Shown piece after piece: positions 11,980 through 25,329 of a DNA stretch of 64,000 nt. Position numbers and translations under genes: made by a program. The DNA is from Callorhinchus milii (taxonomy: Eukaryota), in contig NW_024704743.1 of the NCBI RefSeq assembly GCF_018977255.1, positions 37,512,001 to 37,576,000 of the forward strand, written 5' to 3'. A model generated the notes under the pieces. It was not told where the DNA came from. It saw only the letters and a program-made list of their open reading frames with translations, and did not search any database. The first letter of the stretch is position 1. Every line of letters starts with the position of its first letter.

Positions 11980-12298
11980 ATAATAATAATAAGACTTGCA
12001 TTTGATATAGCGCCTTATCACATCTTCGAGGCATCTCAAAGCGCTTCACAGAATATACTGTAAAGTGAATTGACTGTATATTTTGTGGGCGTATCATGGC
12101 AGCCAATTACACACAGCAGTGTCCCACAAACAGTCGTGGATTGAGTGACCAATTTATTTTTATTTATTGATATGGGCAATTGGCTGACACATTCACCCAT
12201 AAAGTACACAGTAACTATGCTTTCAGTATATCCTGTGAAGCACTTTGAGACATCTTGACGATGTGAAAGGCGTTTTATCAAATGCAAGGAATATTACT
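11980..12298. mobile_element. Two SINE 3' halves in inverted orientation (minus 11980-12165, plus 12176-12298)
   Basis: Same 3' consensus on opposite strands. Confidence 0.85.
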
Positions 12299-12941
12299 GT
12301 GGCTTTTCGTAGCATTGAGGATACTTTCAGTATCTTCACTTTAGTTCGGCTGCACCCCTGTGTAGTGAGGGGTGTGCCTGTAGGAAATTGCTTCCTTGAG
12401 CTTGCCTTGCCGAAGTGAATATTTCCCCGGGAATTATTTTCCTCCTAAGCTATGTTCAATAAATAATTTATTGAGTGAATGTTTATGAATAAACACTATT
12501 TTAACAAGCTTCTAGTAAGTATCTTGGTGTTCTTTGCTGACTGTGTTATTAAGTAAATAATGTCTCACATGAATTTGTTAAATAAATAATTATTGTCTGG
12601 ATTTATAAGTTTGTAATTTTTACTAACTGACAGGCCTATAATTAATAATAAATGGGTGAATCTATATTGACTAATTAACTGACTAAATGGAATTAATGAT
12701 TGATTGTGTTTGATACATATATCTCTGAATAAGCCATTGATAGGCTTTGATAAGACGGTAACTCAATCACTACCTGAACCTAGTTGAAATAAAATGTAAC
12801 TTTTTATCAATGAGATAAAGAAACAACGGCAGATTACTTACTGAGTGAAACATTATTTGAATGAAATAAAAAGGAAAAGCTCAAATGGTCAGGATCTGAC
12901 ATAAAACCAGTAAAGGTCCCACGTGCCTTATTATTATTCAG

Positions 12942-13102
12942 TGGGTAATAATCCCTTCAAAATTAAAAAAAAATTGATCACTCAATCCATGATTATTTGT
13001 GGACACTGTTTTGTGCAATTGGCTGCTGCGATTCTCCCAAAAATACACTGTCAATCCACTTTACCATATAGCTTATGAAGCGCTTTGAGACGACTCAATG
13101 AT
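12942..13102 (+). mobile_element. SINE 3' half
   Basis: gggtaataatccc...gaagcgctttgagacg. Confidence 0.8.
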
Positions 13103-13319
13103 ATCCTTGAATGATGAGCAATTGGACCCAGGCCCTTCCCTCTCCACCACTGAACCTTTAGTAGCTGCCACTTCGAAGAAATTGTGTGGAAAAATTGCAT
13201 GAGTATTTACGTAAGCCAATGGGCCGCTCCAGTCTGAACTGGATATTGTGTTAGCACTGCTGTGTTTCTGTAGCTAAAGCCTTGCAGCATCCTTTGTAAG
13301 TGAGAGCAATGTGAAAGAA

Positions 13320-13820
13320 CAATACAGTACAAATTTACATTTACATAGCGTCTTTCACGTCAGGAAGACTCCCCAAGACAGGAGAGTCGAGGGTTTGCAC
13401 CTGAGTTGGGGGTAGGGGTCAGGGGTGGGAGGACATGGGGTATGGGGTGAAAATGGCCAAAGGCAACATAAAAGGTTTTGAGGTGGACCTTAAAGGAGAT
13501 GAGGGATGGAGTCGTAGGGACTCCAGGATGGACTTCCAGATAATGGGGGCAGGTATGCTGAAAATCTGACTTCCAATTATGGGGTGGGAGATGTGAAGCA
13601 GGCCGGTGCCCACAGAGCGGAGTTAGTGGCCGGATCGATAGGATTTGAAGAGATCACAGAGGAGGGTGGGGCAAGAGCATGGAGGGATTTAAAGGTTAGG
13701 ACGAGGATCTTGAGCTCAATCTGCCAGGGATTGGGGAGTCAATGGAGCTGGGCAAGGATGGGTTTGGGGAGACTAGTGCAGGAAAGGACACGAGCTGTAG
13801 AGTTTTGTATAGTTCTGGAT
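13320..13820 (-). mobile_element. L2 LINE 3' fragment ending about 40 nt upstream of the CPNE4 acceptor
   Basis: Similar to the other minus-strand L2 copies (ggagccagtggagc-type and tttcacgtcaggag motifs). Confidence 0.85.
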
Positions 13821-13859
13821 AATCTTCATGGACTAAATGTTGCTGTGTTACTTTTACAG

Positions 13860-14056
<197 letters not shown>

Positions 14057-15219
14057 TGAATGCGATTGTGTCTCTTTTATTCTCAAGTGTTGTGCTCCAC
14101 CTGGTCTGTCCCTAAATTGTGATCCAAAAGATGTGGAAATAGTCAATTTTGTCAACAGGAAGCGCTAAATAAAGGATGATTACTTGTTTGTTATTAATTT
14201 AAAGGTGCAACAAAAGAAATTGTAACTTTTTAAGTATCGCGCTTCTATTTACTCAAACAAAATGCCAAACTGAACTGATAAACCACCCTGTTCATCTTAC
14301 GTGAAAGTTGCTATTGGGGTGTATGTTATTGTTGTTGAGCTTCTACTTTTGCCTGTTTTAGAGAGCTTTGGCTTCCACTCAGAACTTTCCCTTGTCTGTA
14401 TAGGCAAGATCAGGCATTCAGTGCTGAGGATCATTGCAGGACAGTGCATTGGAATTGGTAGCATAGGAACAGGAGAAGGCCATTCAGCTCATCAACCCTC
14501 TCCATTTTATGAGATCTATTCAACCCATTTCCCAGATAAGGATCTGTCTTCCTTTTAAACATCCCAGGCAGTGTCCGTAGGGCACATTTATATTCACCTT
14601 CATCTCACTGTGGCTGTAGCCATTGAGTTCTCTGTCTATTTCCATTCATTTAATCATAAACACTCCCTGGGGTTTTGTTGGGAGGCTGACAGGAATGAGA
14701 AGGAGCACAGCTTTTATGGCAATGTCCTCCCTGAGCCTGGCAATGAGCCAGGATCTGCTCCATCACCTTTTGATTACATTCAATTGACAGATGATGGGTG
14801 GACCTAGCTCATTTTCATTAATTGTTCATTGTTGTAGAACTGGAGACTAAATTGGAGAGCTTCACATCCCAAAATCGGCCGCAAAAACGCCTCAGAAGTC
14901 TTTAATGGGAGTAAAATCCATTGATCTGATTATTGTTCCTATAGCTGCACAAATGGGAAAAGCTGTAAGATGTCCTGTGGAGCCAGAGAGCGGAAGCCAC
15001 ATGCTTTGTACCTTGGTGAATAATGGAGAAAGAAACTCCACAAAGGACACTGCAAACTTGGAAACACAAATAATCAGGAAATGCTAGTATTACACAAGGC
15101 TTATTGCATACAGTACTTGTCTTTTGTGGAGTGGTGCTGTGTTATTTCTCACCAGGTTACTATTAGCCAATTCCCTTATTATGCTGCTCCATGGATCATT
15201 ATAATATTAATAATTAATA

Positions 15220-15410
15220 ATGATAATAATCCTCGCATTTGATATTACGCCATTCACATTAGGAGGACATCTTAAAGTGCTACACAGGATTTAACGTGGT
15301 GCAGTGACTGTGTAATTTGTAGACGAATTCAGTGAATATATGCACATCAGTGTCCCTCAAAAGGTTATGAAGTGAATAATCAATCTCATTTGGGTGATTG
15401 TTGGCCAACA
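15220..15410 (-). mobile_element. Old Deu-type SINE 3' part
   Basis: taataatcctcgcatttgatat..ggaggacatc..gattgttggcca. Confidence 0.65.
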
Positions 15411-16399
15411 TTCACTTGAACAAGATTGATCATTCACTTAATTCACTTCAGTCTCTCCTTCGCACCCGAGTGCTTGAGAAACATAAGCAGAGTCCATCAG
15501 GAGTTGAAGCCAGTATTTTTATTTCAATGCCACTTATTGGTAGCTCGGAGGCTTAGTGCACCAGTGCCCAGACCCATTGAAGGAAAGCGGAATTCTACTC
15601 GCAACCCTATAACGTGCCCACTTTTCTTCTTTCCCCTCTCTGTTCATCTCTCTTTTCAAGACGGCTTCTTAGATGGTTAAGGGTCCGTGATCATGACGCC
15701 TAAAAACTGCTATCTTGTACTATTTTTAATAAGCTGCTACTCTTTTATAATTAATGCTGACTATGGCAACTGTGTCTAGCAGCACTATTACAGTTCATGA
15801 AAGACACTAAACTGCTTTATAGACCTGAACCTCAGGTCCAGTGAAGCAATTAGTGACCATTAGTATATCACATCCAAGGAACCCTTTTCATTTCTTTCAA
15901 ATGACAGCCCGAGTCAGACGCCTCACAGGCAAAGTAAATTTGCTTTGCAAAGAACAGTCTGCCAATTTAAAAAAAAGTATTATAATTTCATGTTGGCAGG
16001 AGAGAGCGCTTAACGCCCTGCTGACAGTGTCTCCTTGAAACTTCCTTTCACAGCATAAGGGTTTTATAAATGTTTAAAATAACTTGTAGCTTAACAATTG
16101 TAATTTTTTAAAAAATGAATCAGTGCTGCTCTTGAGAATTTTTTTTACACATCGTGGTGCTGGATGCTGTGATGAATGTTCTTTGGGAGGAGTTTTAATG
16201 AAGTACAAACACACAAATATTACTCAGATGCTGGAACAAATGTGGACTCGTTTGTGTAGGATGTGTAATCTTATCACCTTGCAAACCCCACTGGAGTATT
16301 CTTAGTCCTTTGAAGGCTATAAAGTCTCTCATCATTCCTTTTCTTCCAGGACACGACCGGATATATATTCCCAAGTACTGTGTCCCTTCAGTGGCTCTT

Positions 16400-16650
16400 A
16401 GAGAGGCAATAGCAGGTCAGGAAGCTTCTCTTCGTACAGAGGCTTGTGACAATGTGGAATGCTGTGCTTCAGGAAGCTGTAGTGAGTGAATCCATATGAA
16501 TGTTTAATAAAGAAAGACAGCTACTTGGTAGTTAGAGGTGTTAAGGGGTATGATGACAGACAGGGCATCAGGATTAAAAGATCTGGCAATATTTAATAAA
16601 CTGGTAGAACAGGCTTGATGGGCTGAATGGCTTCCTCCTGTTTCTGTTTT
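16400..16650 (+). mobile_element. CR1 3' fragment
   Basis: ttctcttcgtacagagg...tgtggaat...gggctgaatggcttcctcctg. Confidence 0.75.
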
Positions 16651-18959
16651 CCTAGTAAGGAAGTGAAACACTCTGCATGTGGGGGAGTGATATGGAAGGG
16701 AAGAATATTCCTCTGTCTATAAAGGCCAATTCAGCTCTTTAAGAAGGGATGCTGATGATATTGAGAGCAAAGCCATGCATGGAAATATCATCAGAACTAT
16801 CTCTCGATTGTCTGGCTCGCCTATTTATATACTTATGCTCGGTGGCTTGAATGAGAAGAGGAATATGGGTCTCCATGTTCATGGTGATTCTACAGGGGCA
16901 TAGACCATCTGCTTTTAGAGTTTAGCACTTGGCTGACCAGGTGTATCACCATGATTTTGAATACCAATATATTAAAATGTTTGCAGAATATGTACGTGGT
17001 TGGAAAGTATTCACGGGAATTGTCAAAAGTACCTGGCAGGCACAGGAGTAATACTACTCGAGCAGATCAAAGAGTGGCCTTATGTAATGCACTGAAACAA
17101 TTATTTTGTACTCTACTATGCTTAGCATTGTTATGATACAGTCCATTTATTTTATTATATTATGTCACATAGCATGGAGGGAGAATTAAATAATAAAAGG
17201 TTTAGTCCTGTGACACTGGCTATGGTCCTGTACTGTTTTTTGGTGTCTCTTCATTCCAGATTAATTTCTCCCCTGTGTTAAATTTCCTTTCCTGAAAGTG
17301 CAGATTAACATTGAGGTTCCACACTTGGCAACAGCCTTCAGTACCTGGCTGTTCTCCACTGAGCTTGCCGATTTCAGGACCCAATCCATATATGTACACT
17401 CACAGTAGGATGATTGGATAGTGATCAGAGGTCTGAAATGGTTTCATCCTTAAGAACACTGTCTTAAAAGTTAAGAGTGCAGAATTTTGGAAAGTATTCA
17501 ATTTGAATTGGAAAGATGTTTTCCCTAAACCAGAATCCAAATGGAGTTGTGAATTTAAAAAATTTCTAAAACTTTACACAATGTCAATTGTTGAGGATTT
17601 TAGGCTAAAACTATTGACATTTCAGGCTTCAGGAAACCTGGCTTTTCCTTGTCCTTTCATCCTCAGAAAGGTCTTAGAGTTCAACTGCTTTATATAGAAG
17701 ATCTGTTATTTAATTATCAATGGGTGGGACACCAATGTTATCAATGTGACAACTAACACACCGCATATTGTGTTTTCTTAACTAGCAGATTGATGTTTGA
17801 ATCTAAATGTTAATGAATCAACGGCCAAATTTCATTTCATAAGGTCAGGATCTCCCATTCCGGTGTAAAGTTGGAACATTCAATCTAGCCTTTCATAGAT
17901 GGGCCATTTAGACATTCATTCTGTAAATGCAGGAGTGAGTGAGCGTGAAGAACTGATCTGACACTGCATTCAATTTACGTTTACAACCTATTACCAGGCT
18001 TTTTCTCAGAACTAAGTGGATAATGAAGCCATATATTAATTGTTTTACATTACAATATATTATAACCTTGACAGGCTATTCATTCACAAAAAAGAGAATC
18101 TGAAATTGGCTAGGAGTCCAATGATCGACCACAGATTGGATTCACACATCTCCATTCAGCAGGTATTCCCAGTAACAGGTTGTAGCTCATAACTGTATTC
18201 AGTTGCAGGTCTAGCGAGGGTTTAGAGAACTTCAATTGAGTCACTTAGGGAAAAACCCGATTTAAAAAAAAATTGTTATGTTGCTTGTATCTGGGTCATG
18301 CTTCAGCCTGCGACTACACTCGCTGGTGGACTCTGAGCCCATACAAACCCCTTAGTCTCCATCACACTCGATTGGCATCCCATGCATTTAATTTGATACT
18401 CACAGTATTTCTTAATGCACCCAATTGCTTCTCAGTGCTGTGTTTATTTTATTTTGACAAGCCGTTTGGTCCACTGAGAGTCAGTGAGCTCAGCGGATCA
18501 GCCGACTGCTATGCAGCTTAGTGATAGATCAGTAGCTTGCGATGACAAAATGAACCACAGGCCCTCTCCTCACACGTATACTGTCAGGCTGTTTGCTGCC
18601 TGTGGGATCAATGTCAGCAAAGGGATCAGTTATGGCAGCGCTGCACAATTCCTGGCGCTTTGAGTCAGATGGTGATTCTACAATTTTAATTGGGTCTCCT
18701 CACACGGTTGTGCCCGCTGCTGGTGCCGTTGGCTGACAGTCTAAGTGTAAAGGCCATTAAGCAGCAGTTTTGCAATATGACAATTCAAGAATTTAAATCA
18801 GAAATATGTACATTTTTGAAAGCATAGGATTCAATTAATTTCTGCACTTTATAACTAGGGGACATAACTATCAGAAATTGTAGGAACAGATCTACAGCAA
18901 CATCAACTTGCATTTACAAAGCGCCCTTCACTCAGGTAGCATCTTGGAGCACTTAATAA

Positions 18960-19200
18960 GGAGTTTAGGAATAAAAGGAAATTTCTTCCCGCAGAGGCTG
19001 GTGGCAATGTGGAATTCACTACTACAGGTTAAATACATATCAGAGCATTGATATATTTAAGAGGAAACTTAATGCATATGTGAGGGAGAAGGACAGAGAG
19101 GGTGGAACAGGAGAGATGGGGCTTGTTTAGAATATAAACACAGGCACTGTCTGGTTGGGCAAAATGGCCAATTTCCATGCCTTAGCACTCTATGTAATTC
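18960..19200 (+). mobile_element. CR1 3' fragment
   Basis: aatttcttcccgcagagg...tgtggaattcacta...gggcaaaatggcc. Confidence 0.7.
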
Positions 19201-19614
19201 TATGGATCCAATAGCAACAGTGAGCTTAGACTTTGACTATATCAAAGAGTACGGTGGGGGGTGTTGGGGGAAGGCAGGGGTGTAGGCTTCTTTTGGAGAG
19301 TCACCACAGGCACGGTGCAGTAGATCCTGTGATTCTAGGAGGTTTGGACTGAGCCATGTGGAGCAGGGAGATCCCTACTTAATGCTGATCTCAGCTGAGA
19401 TGAAAGTTGGGCTACTGCTATTGGCCTCTGAGCCTCTGGGTAAAAGTGGAGAAAAACAACTGAGGTTCCTGCTTCCTAAAGGCCCTGCTGGAAAGTGTGC
19501 CTGTGTTTTATAATGATTTATACAGATCAGACTTATGCAAGCTTTCCTGTAATATTGTTCAAATCACAAGGGGAGAGCTACAGATCTGAGGTGGTATCTG
19601 CAAACTTAATACCA

Positions 19615-20150
19615 ATGCAAAATACCAAATTACATTTATATAACCCCTTTCATGTCAGGAGGACATCCCAAGGCCTGGACAGTCAGGGATTTGGACCCGA
19701 GGTGGGGGTTGGGATCAAGGGAGGGTGCAGGGGAGGGATGGTAGGACGCGGCTGAAAATGCAGTCGAAGAGGAGAGTCTTGAGATGTACCTTGAAGGAGG
19801 CAAGAGAGGGAATGAGGCAAAGGGAAGTGGGATGGAGTTCCAAAGGGTGGGGGCAGAAAGGCTGAAGGCCCGACCACTGATGGTGGGGCAGAATGGGCGG
19901 GGTATGTGGAGCAGGCCAGAACCTGCTGAGCGGAGGGAGTGGACAGGTTGATGTGGGGTTTGCAGGTCACAAAGGTAGGAAGGAGAAAGCCATGGAGGGC
20001 TTTGACGGTGAGAACAAGGATTTTGAACTCTATCTTCTGGGTAATGGAGAGCCAGTAGAACCAGTCAAGGATGGGGGTGAAAGGGTCAGGCAGCCTGGTG
20101 TGGGCGAGTACAGGAACTGCAGAATTCTGGATGATCTGCAGCTTGTGGAA
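19615..20150 (-). mobile_element. L2 LINE 3' fragment
   Basis: Reverse complement of the L2 C-terminal coding region and tail. Confidence 0.85.
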
Positions 20151-20315
20151 AAGCGATCTGCCAATTGACTAACAACTGGGTTACTACTTGGTGCTAGAGA
20201 AACTGAGTTGTGTGGAGTAAGGAAACTTGCCTAATGTTTTGCCATGCCTGGGAATCAAACCCAAGTCTTCCTGTTTGTGAGGCTGGTGCTCTGACCAATA
20301 CACTACAGGACTCCA
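20150..20315 (-). mobile_element. SINE long subfamily, 5' half
   Basis: gtgtggagtaaggaaacttgcc...ctacaggactcca. Confidence 0.85.
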
Positions 20316-20384
20316 CAAATCATCCCAGTTCGACTGAGGCCTGCATTAGATGCATCTGTCCTGGGTTAGAATTACTTAATGAGT

Positions 20385-21062
20385 TTCAAAACACTTTGCA
20401 AGAATTGCTGTATATCTTGTAGATGAACGCGGCAGTTAATTCGTGCGCAGCAATGACTCGCCTGAAGTTGATATTGATACATGTGGTGAAATTGTTGGCC
20501 ATGATACCTTGCAGAGGCAAAAGGGCCTTGGTTTCATGTCTCATCACCTCCAGTGTTCCCCCCATCACTGCACTGGAGTGTCAGTCTAGACCAGGGTGAT
20601 CCAATCTTTCTAGTGCAATCATTGAGACCAAGGAATTGTAAGGCACCGAATGCAGAGCGGGCACTGGGATCTGAGTGGGTGCCACTCAGCCACATGTCTT
20701 GGTAGCCCAGCTGGCACAGATGGCAAGGAGCCTGGCGCAGATTGGGGCGCATGGGGAGTGGGGTGGTTGATACTGAAATTGGGCACTTGGGTCCAGAGAT
20801 TGAGGGTTGAGGGTAGATTGGTAACAGGCAGGCCGGGCATGGGTGGGGGGTGGGGCGTTGTAGGGACATGGGTAACTGAGCTGGGTACTGGTGAGATATA
20901 TTTCTCGGGCCGGATGCAATCATATCCCAGGCTGGATGTGGTCCCTGGGCTGCCAGTTGGACCATCTAGCCTCTCGAGCTCAAAGTCCTGACGTGGGTCA
21001 TGAACCCACAATATTCTATCTCGGAAGTAAGTGTGTTACCAACTGAGTTAGGCTAACACCAG
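20385..21062 (-). mobile_element. Deu-type SINE interrupted by a MITE (SINE parts 20385-20591 and about 20970-21062)
   Basis: cactgcactggagtgtcagtctaga | ... | gagctcaaagtcc..tgaacccacaa..taccaactgagttaggctaacac. Confidence 0.72.
20592..20969. mobile_element. Probable non-autonomous hAT (Charlie-like) DNA transposon / MITE
   Basis: Starts CAGGGTGATCCAA directly after GTCTAGAC; ends GGGCCGGATG...GGGCTGCCAGTTGGACCA. Confidence 0.55.
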
Positions 21063-21179
21063 TAGGTGTGTGTTGCAGCTGTGTCAGTACGTGTATAGTA
21101 ATTCCTTTACGCCTTTGCTCTGTTTTTGTGTGTTTGAGTTTGTTAATAACAGGCTGCAGCATTGAGACCTGATCTCTCA

Positions 21180-21295
21180 TTAACATGGTATCGTCAACAC
21201 ACTCTATCACTATTAACACACTTATATTAATTGATAGACTAAAGGTGTCCCATTAACACACTGCGGTCCTTAACACACTGTAACCCTTAAAATGC
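21180..21295. repeat. Degenerate TTAACACACT-containing minisatellite
   Basis: AACACACT recurs four times with irregular spacing. Confidence 0.55.
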
Positions 21296-21734
21296 TGTAT
21301 TTTCTTAGCAAATTCAACATTTATTGATACTGTATATTTTATTGCATCTACTCATTAATGGGTTGAAAATATATCTCATAGTTGTGCTAACCTATGGATC
21401 AAAAAGAGCTGACTTATCTGCAAGATTCTAATTTCCCTGCAAGCCCTTGTTTCTTACACCTAATAATGTTTCTCTGTGAATCAATTGTATGAGGAAAAGC
21501 GATTTGCAGATGTTGTATTGGTGGCACGTTGATCTCTAATAAGTGGTGCCCTCTGGCAGGCAATTATAGAGATTGAATGTTCAGAGCACCAGTATTTGCT
21601 GACTGGTTACCATATTACCCTGCCTACCTATGGGTACTTTGGAAAGGAGCCAGATGGAACCAGAAAGCTGCAAGTAAAAGCTAGGATTGTTTGTGTTTTT
21701 GCAACAAATGGCCAATAGCATTCATAAAGAGAGT

Positions 21735-21841
21735 TATATGGAGTAGAGAAACTTGCCTAAGGTTTTCCTCTGCCTGGGAATCAAACCCTGGTCCTCTCGC
21801 TTACGAGGTGAGTGCTCTAACCAATAAGCTGCAGGACTCCA
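21735..21841 (-). mobile_element. SINE 5' head
   Basis: gaaacttgcctaagg...gtgctctaacca...caggactcca. Confidence 0.85.
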
Positions 21842-22264
21842 TGATTGGGTTCGGGTCAGATAGGGAGCAAGGATTGGGTTAGGGTGGGGCAGGGACTAGG
21901 AGGTCGGGATTGGGTAGAGGTCAGTCAGTGACCAGGAGTTCAGGCTTGAGTTGGGGTCGTCAGTATTTCTCAAATAAGAGTGCGTCTGGATTGTTGGATG
22001 GAGCTGCAGAGGTCAAGTTTATCAATTTGTTTGTCTACCTGCTGCCTAGATAATCTTCAGTCACTTCAAATATAGAGCATGTATCTCCAGCAATAGTGAT
22101 CTACACAAGTGCAGAGGAATTTGAGGTAAGAGAATGCCCAACATCCTGTCATTCTGAGTTCATTGTTGAGGTTTGAGACAATTGGGAACAGGTGAGACCT
22201 CATCCTTTTGACTTCAATGCTCTCAACCAGTATCATGTTGTACATTACATTTATATAGTGCCTT

Positions 22265-22591
22265 AATAATAATAATAATAATAATAATCCTTGCATTTGA
22301 TATAGCGCTTTTCACGTCGGGAGGACGTCCCAAAGCGCTTCACAGAACACACTGTAAAGTGAATTGACTGCATATTTGTGGGCGAACGCGGCAGCCAATT
22401 GCGCACAGCAATGTCCCACAAACAGTCGTAGATTGAAAATGACCAATTTAATTATTGTTTTTTTTTTGGAGGGATTATTATTAGGCGTGTGGAGTAAGGA
22501 AACTTGCCCAAGGTTTCGCCCTGCCTGGAATTGAACTCAGGTCTCTCACTTGCAAAGCGAGTGCTCTAACCACTGTGCTACAGGACTCCAC
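22265..22591 (-). mobile_element. Full-length tRNA(Ala)-headed SINE, youngest short subfamily
   Basis: Near-identical to 10049-10378. Confidence 0.95.
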
Positions 22592-22742
22592 CATGGGGGG
22601 GTAATCTCCCACCCTTTTGGCCTCCACGCCTCTTGATTCCAACCACCAGCTCGGGTGCAAACCCTTGACTGTGCCTTGGGATGCATGCCCTCCTGATGTG
22701 AAGGCACTATATAAATGCAATTTTATATTCTTGCTGTTGTTG
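22592..22742 (+). mobile_element. L2 3' UTR and tail fragment
   Basis: cagctcgggtgcaaacccttgactgt...cctcctgatgtgaaggcactatataaatg. Confidence 0.7.
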
Positions 22743-23374
22743 ACACTTGCTGACTAGGCACCCAAGCTGGGCACCCAAGGAGAAGATGAAAGATAACCAA
22801 AAAGCACTGTCAAAGAGGTACATTATAGATGTGCCTTGAAAGAGACAGAAATGTGGAAGTTTTGGAATGTATTGTGAATAAAGTTTAACCAAAGAACTTT
22901 TATGTTATTATCTGTTTATTCTGCTGAAAGTGAATTAATATTGCTTTTAGCATTAGCGAGATGTGGAGCGGAAAGCCTGATTTTACCTTCTTCACATTGC
23001 AACATTGCTTTGGCCAGGGACCCCAAAGGCAATTTTTAAAAAAATGAATGCCACAACTGAGCTTTGCTAATGTCAGCTAAGTGCACACTCTGCATTGTGA
23101 TAGTAGGTGTCAGTTTCTTTATGTTATTGAAGAGCCCTTTTCTGACTTACTCTTCAAGAAAATTGATGAAAGCTCTTGGGTATCCGAGAACTTTTTGGTC
23201 ATGAAGGGCAGTACAGATGGAAAAGACCCTTCAATTAATTTGATTTCATCCTTCCACATGACCTATTGCTATTGCAGCATCGGAGGTTTGAAATTCCTGT
23301 TGGCATCGGTGATGTTGACTTCTAATATGATTCCTCCGTTCCAATCAGGCATCATCAGTTGCTTCACATAAATC

Positions 23375-23690
23375 CAACAGGAATCCTAGAACAGTAGAAG
23401 GACACGACTTGTGATTGAAGGGGGTGGGGGGAAAATCCAAAACAAATCTGCGGTAACACTTATTTAGTGAGTGAATTGTAAATGTATGGAACCGGCCCCC
23501 TAGGGAGACGGGGGAAGCAGAAATTGTTTATTTTCTTTCAAAAGCAAATTAGATAGATATATTTTAGGAAACAATATCTTGGGATACGATATATAGTTTG
23601 GGACATGACATGTGAATGTGACTGCCAGGTTGGTGGAAGGCGAAGTGGATGAACCTTGGTGTCCTTTCGTCTAGCAATTCTTATGTTCTG
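23375..23690 (+). mobile_element. CR1 3' fragment (second family)
   Basis: gaattgtaaatgtatggaac...ttcaaaagcaaattagataga...ggtggaaggcgaa...caattcttatgttct; a related piece lies at 25205-25300. Confidence 0.75.
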
Positions 23691-24345
23691 TTGAATTTCA
23701 GCTCTAAAACTGTTTAAGAGGTCGCTTAGAGGCAGAGGTGACATGATGTTGCAGCATCTGTGGTCCATCAAAGTGCTGCCTTTGGTACCTCCTGCAGGTG
23801 ATCTCAGCCTCAGTCAATTGAACTCCTTAAGTAGGATTTATACAAAAGTTTATTTGTAGCTGTTCATAAACATTAGGTCATTGTTCCATGAAATGTGAAG
23901 TATAAAAACAATTTTTTTTACTTTAATTGAACACCCCAGTCTCCACTGCTTTGGTTTAAAGTAAAAAATAAAGCCTTCTAGAGAACCACGGTTTAAATGA
24001 TGAAATTTGCTTCTGCATTCAGTGCCGACGCCGTTAGAATTCCCTCTCTCATTGGCTCAAGGTGCAATCGTATGTATTGGAGCCCAGTATTCAACCAATG
24101 CATAACCTTGGTGTCTGGGTAGATCCTCAGTACTGCTTCCTTCTTGTTGTCTTCAATTACCTTCGCCCACAAAATGCAGTCAATTCACTTTACAGTATAT
24201 TCTGTAAAGCACTTTGAAACGTCTTTACGATGTGATAAGGCGCTATATCAAATGCAAGGATTATATTGCGTTCTGAGGATCTGTGAAGTGATTGGCTAAT
24301 GGGACCTACAGGTTCATCTGGGTCTCTTCTCTGATCTCTCTTCTC

Positions 24346-24412
24346 TGATGCTGCCAGTCAAGATGTTGGTTTGTGTATAAACCAGCAAATCACATCTTGA
24401 CTGGCAGCATCA
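24346..24412. repeat. Perfect 21-bp inverted repeat with 25-nt spacer
   Basis: TGATGCTGCCAGTCAAGATGT (24346-24366) / ACATCTTGACTGGCAGCATCA (24392-24412). Confidence 0.97.
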
Positions 24413-24823
24413 AACATGGAGAGTTGGCATGTGTGCATTTACAGCTTCCCCTTCCTGTGGAATCTGAAGCATGTGTCATTGTTCCCTCTGTGGTAATTCA
24501 TCCCTGATGTTACAACTCTTAATTACTGTATCAGCTCCCTCTTATTAAGAGGGTTTGCAAGCTATGCCACTTGCTGCTACCATTTCCCCAGCATTGACAA
24601 CTCTGCTGTTAGGGTATGTCCTGGTAAATTTTTCTTCAGTATTTTGAAACAAATTTATTCCAGCTTGCCAAACATTTAACTCTCCAAAGTGAATGGATTT
24701 TGTAGCTTTAAATATGCACTGCCAGAAATCTATCTAATTTGTTCTTGAATGAATCAACACTCCCTACATTATTTGTCCTGTGTCTGGTCTTACAATAATA
24801 ATAATCCTTGCATTGTATATATT

Positions 24824-25176
24824 TGGTGTCCTGTAACTCGGTGGTTAGAGCACTGGGTTTGATTCCGGGCAGGGTGAAATGTTAGGCAGGTTTTCTTACT
24901 CCACACACCTCTGTTTACCTAGCAGTAAGTAGGAACACGGTTATTAATTGATTGTTGGATCGCTTTTCCGGGGGCAATAATTCAGTCAAAAAAAAATAAT
25001 AATAAATTGGTCACTTCAATCCCGACTGTTCGTGGGACACTGCTGTGTGCAATTGACTGCTGTATTTTGCCCACAAAATATACAGTCAATTCACTTTACA
25101 GTATATTCTGTGAAGAACTTTGAGATGTGTCAAAGACGTGATAAGGCTCTATATCAAATGCAAGGATTATTATTAT
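24824..25176 (+). mobile_element. tRNA-headed SINE, long subfamily
   Basis: Same consensus as 2597-2968. Confidence 0.9.
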
Positions 25177-25329
25177 AGCACCTTTCAGTTCAGGAGGACA
25201 TCTCAGAATGTCGATTCATTCAAGAACAATTAAATAGACTTCTGTTAGGAAATAAATATCTCGGGATATAATATAATTTGGGACACGACATGTCATTTGT
25301 ATATTATTTGGCACAAATAAGCCTCAGAG

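Noticed and set aside
1..13859. CPNE4 promoter, CpG island or non-coding exon 1
   Set aside because: No CpG island or convincing exon is visible; it probably lies upstream of the window and cannot be placed without transcript data.
20534..21011. Cluster of 77-143 aa ORFs
   Set aside because: They fall in the G-rich MITE-like insert and show no recognisable domain.
21845..21960. Interstitial telomeric repeat
   Set aside because: Only a single GGGTTAGGG within degenerate G-rich low-complexity sequence.
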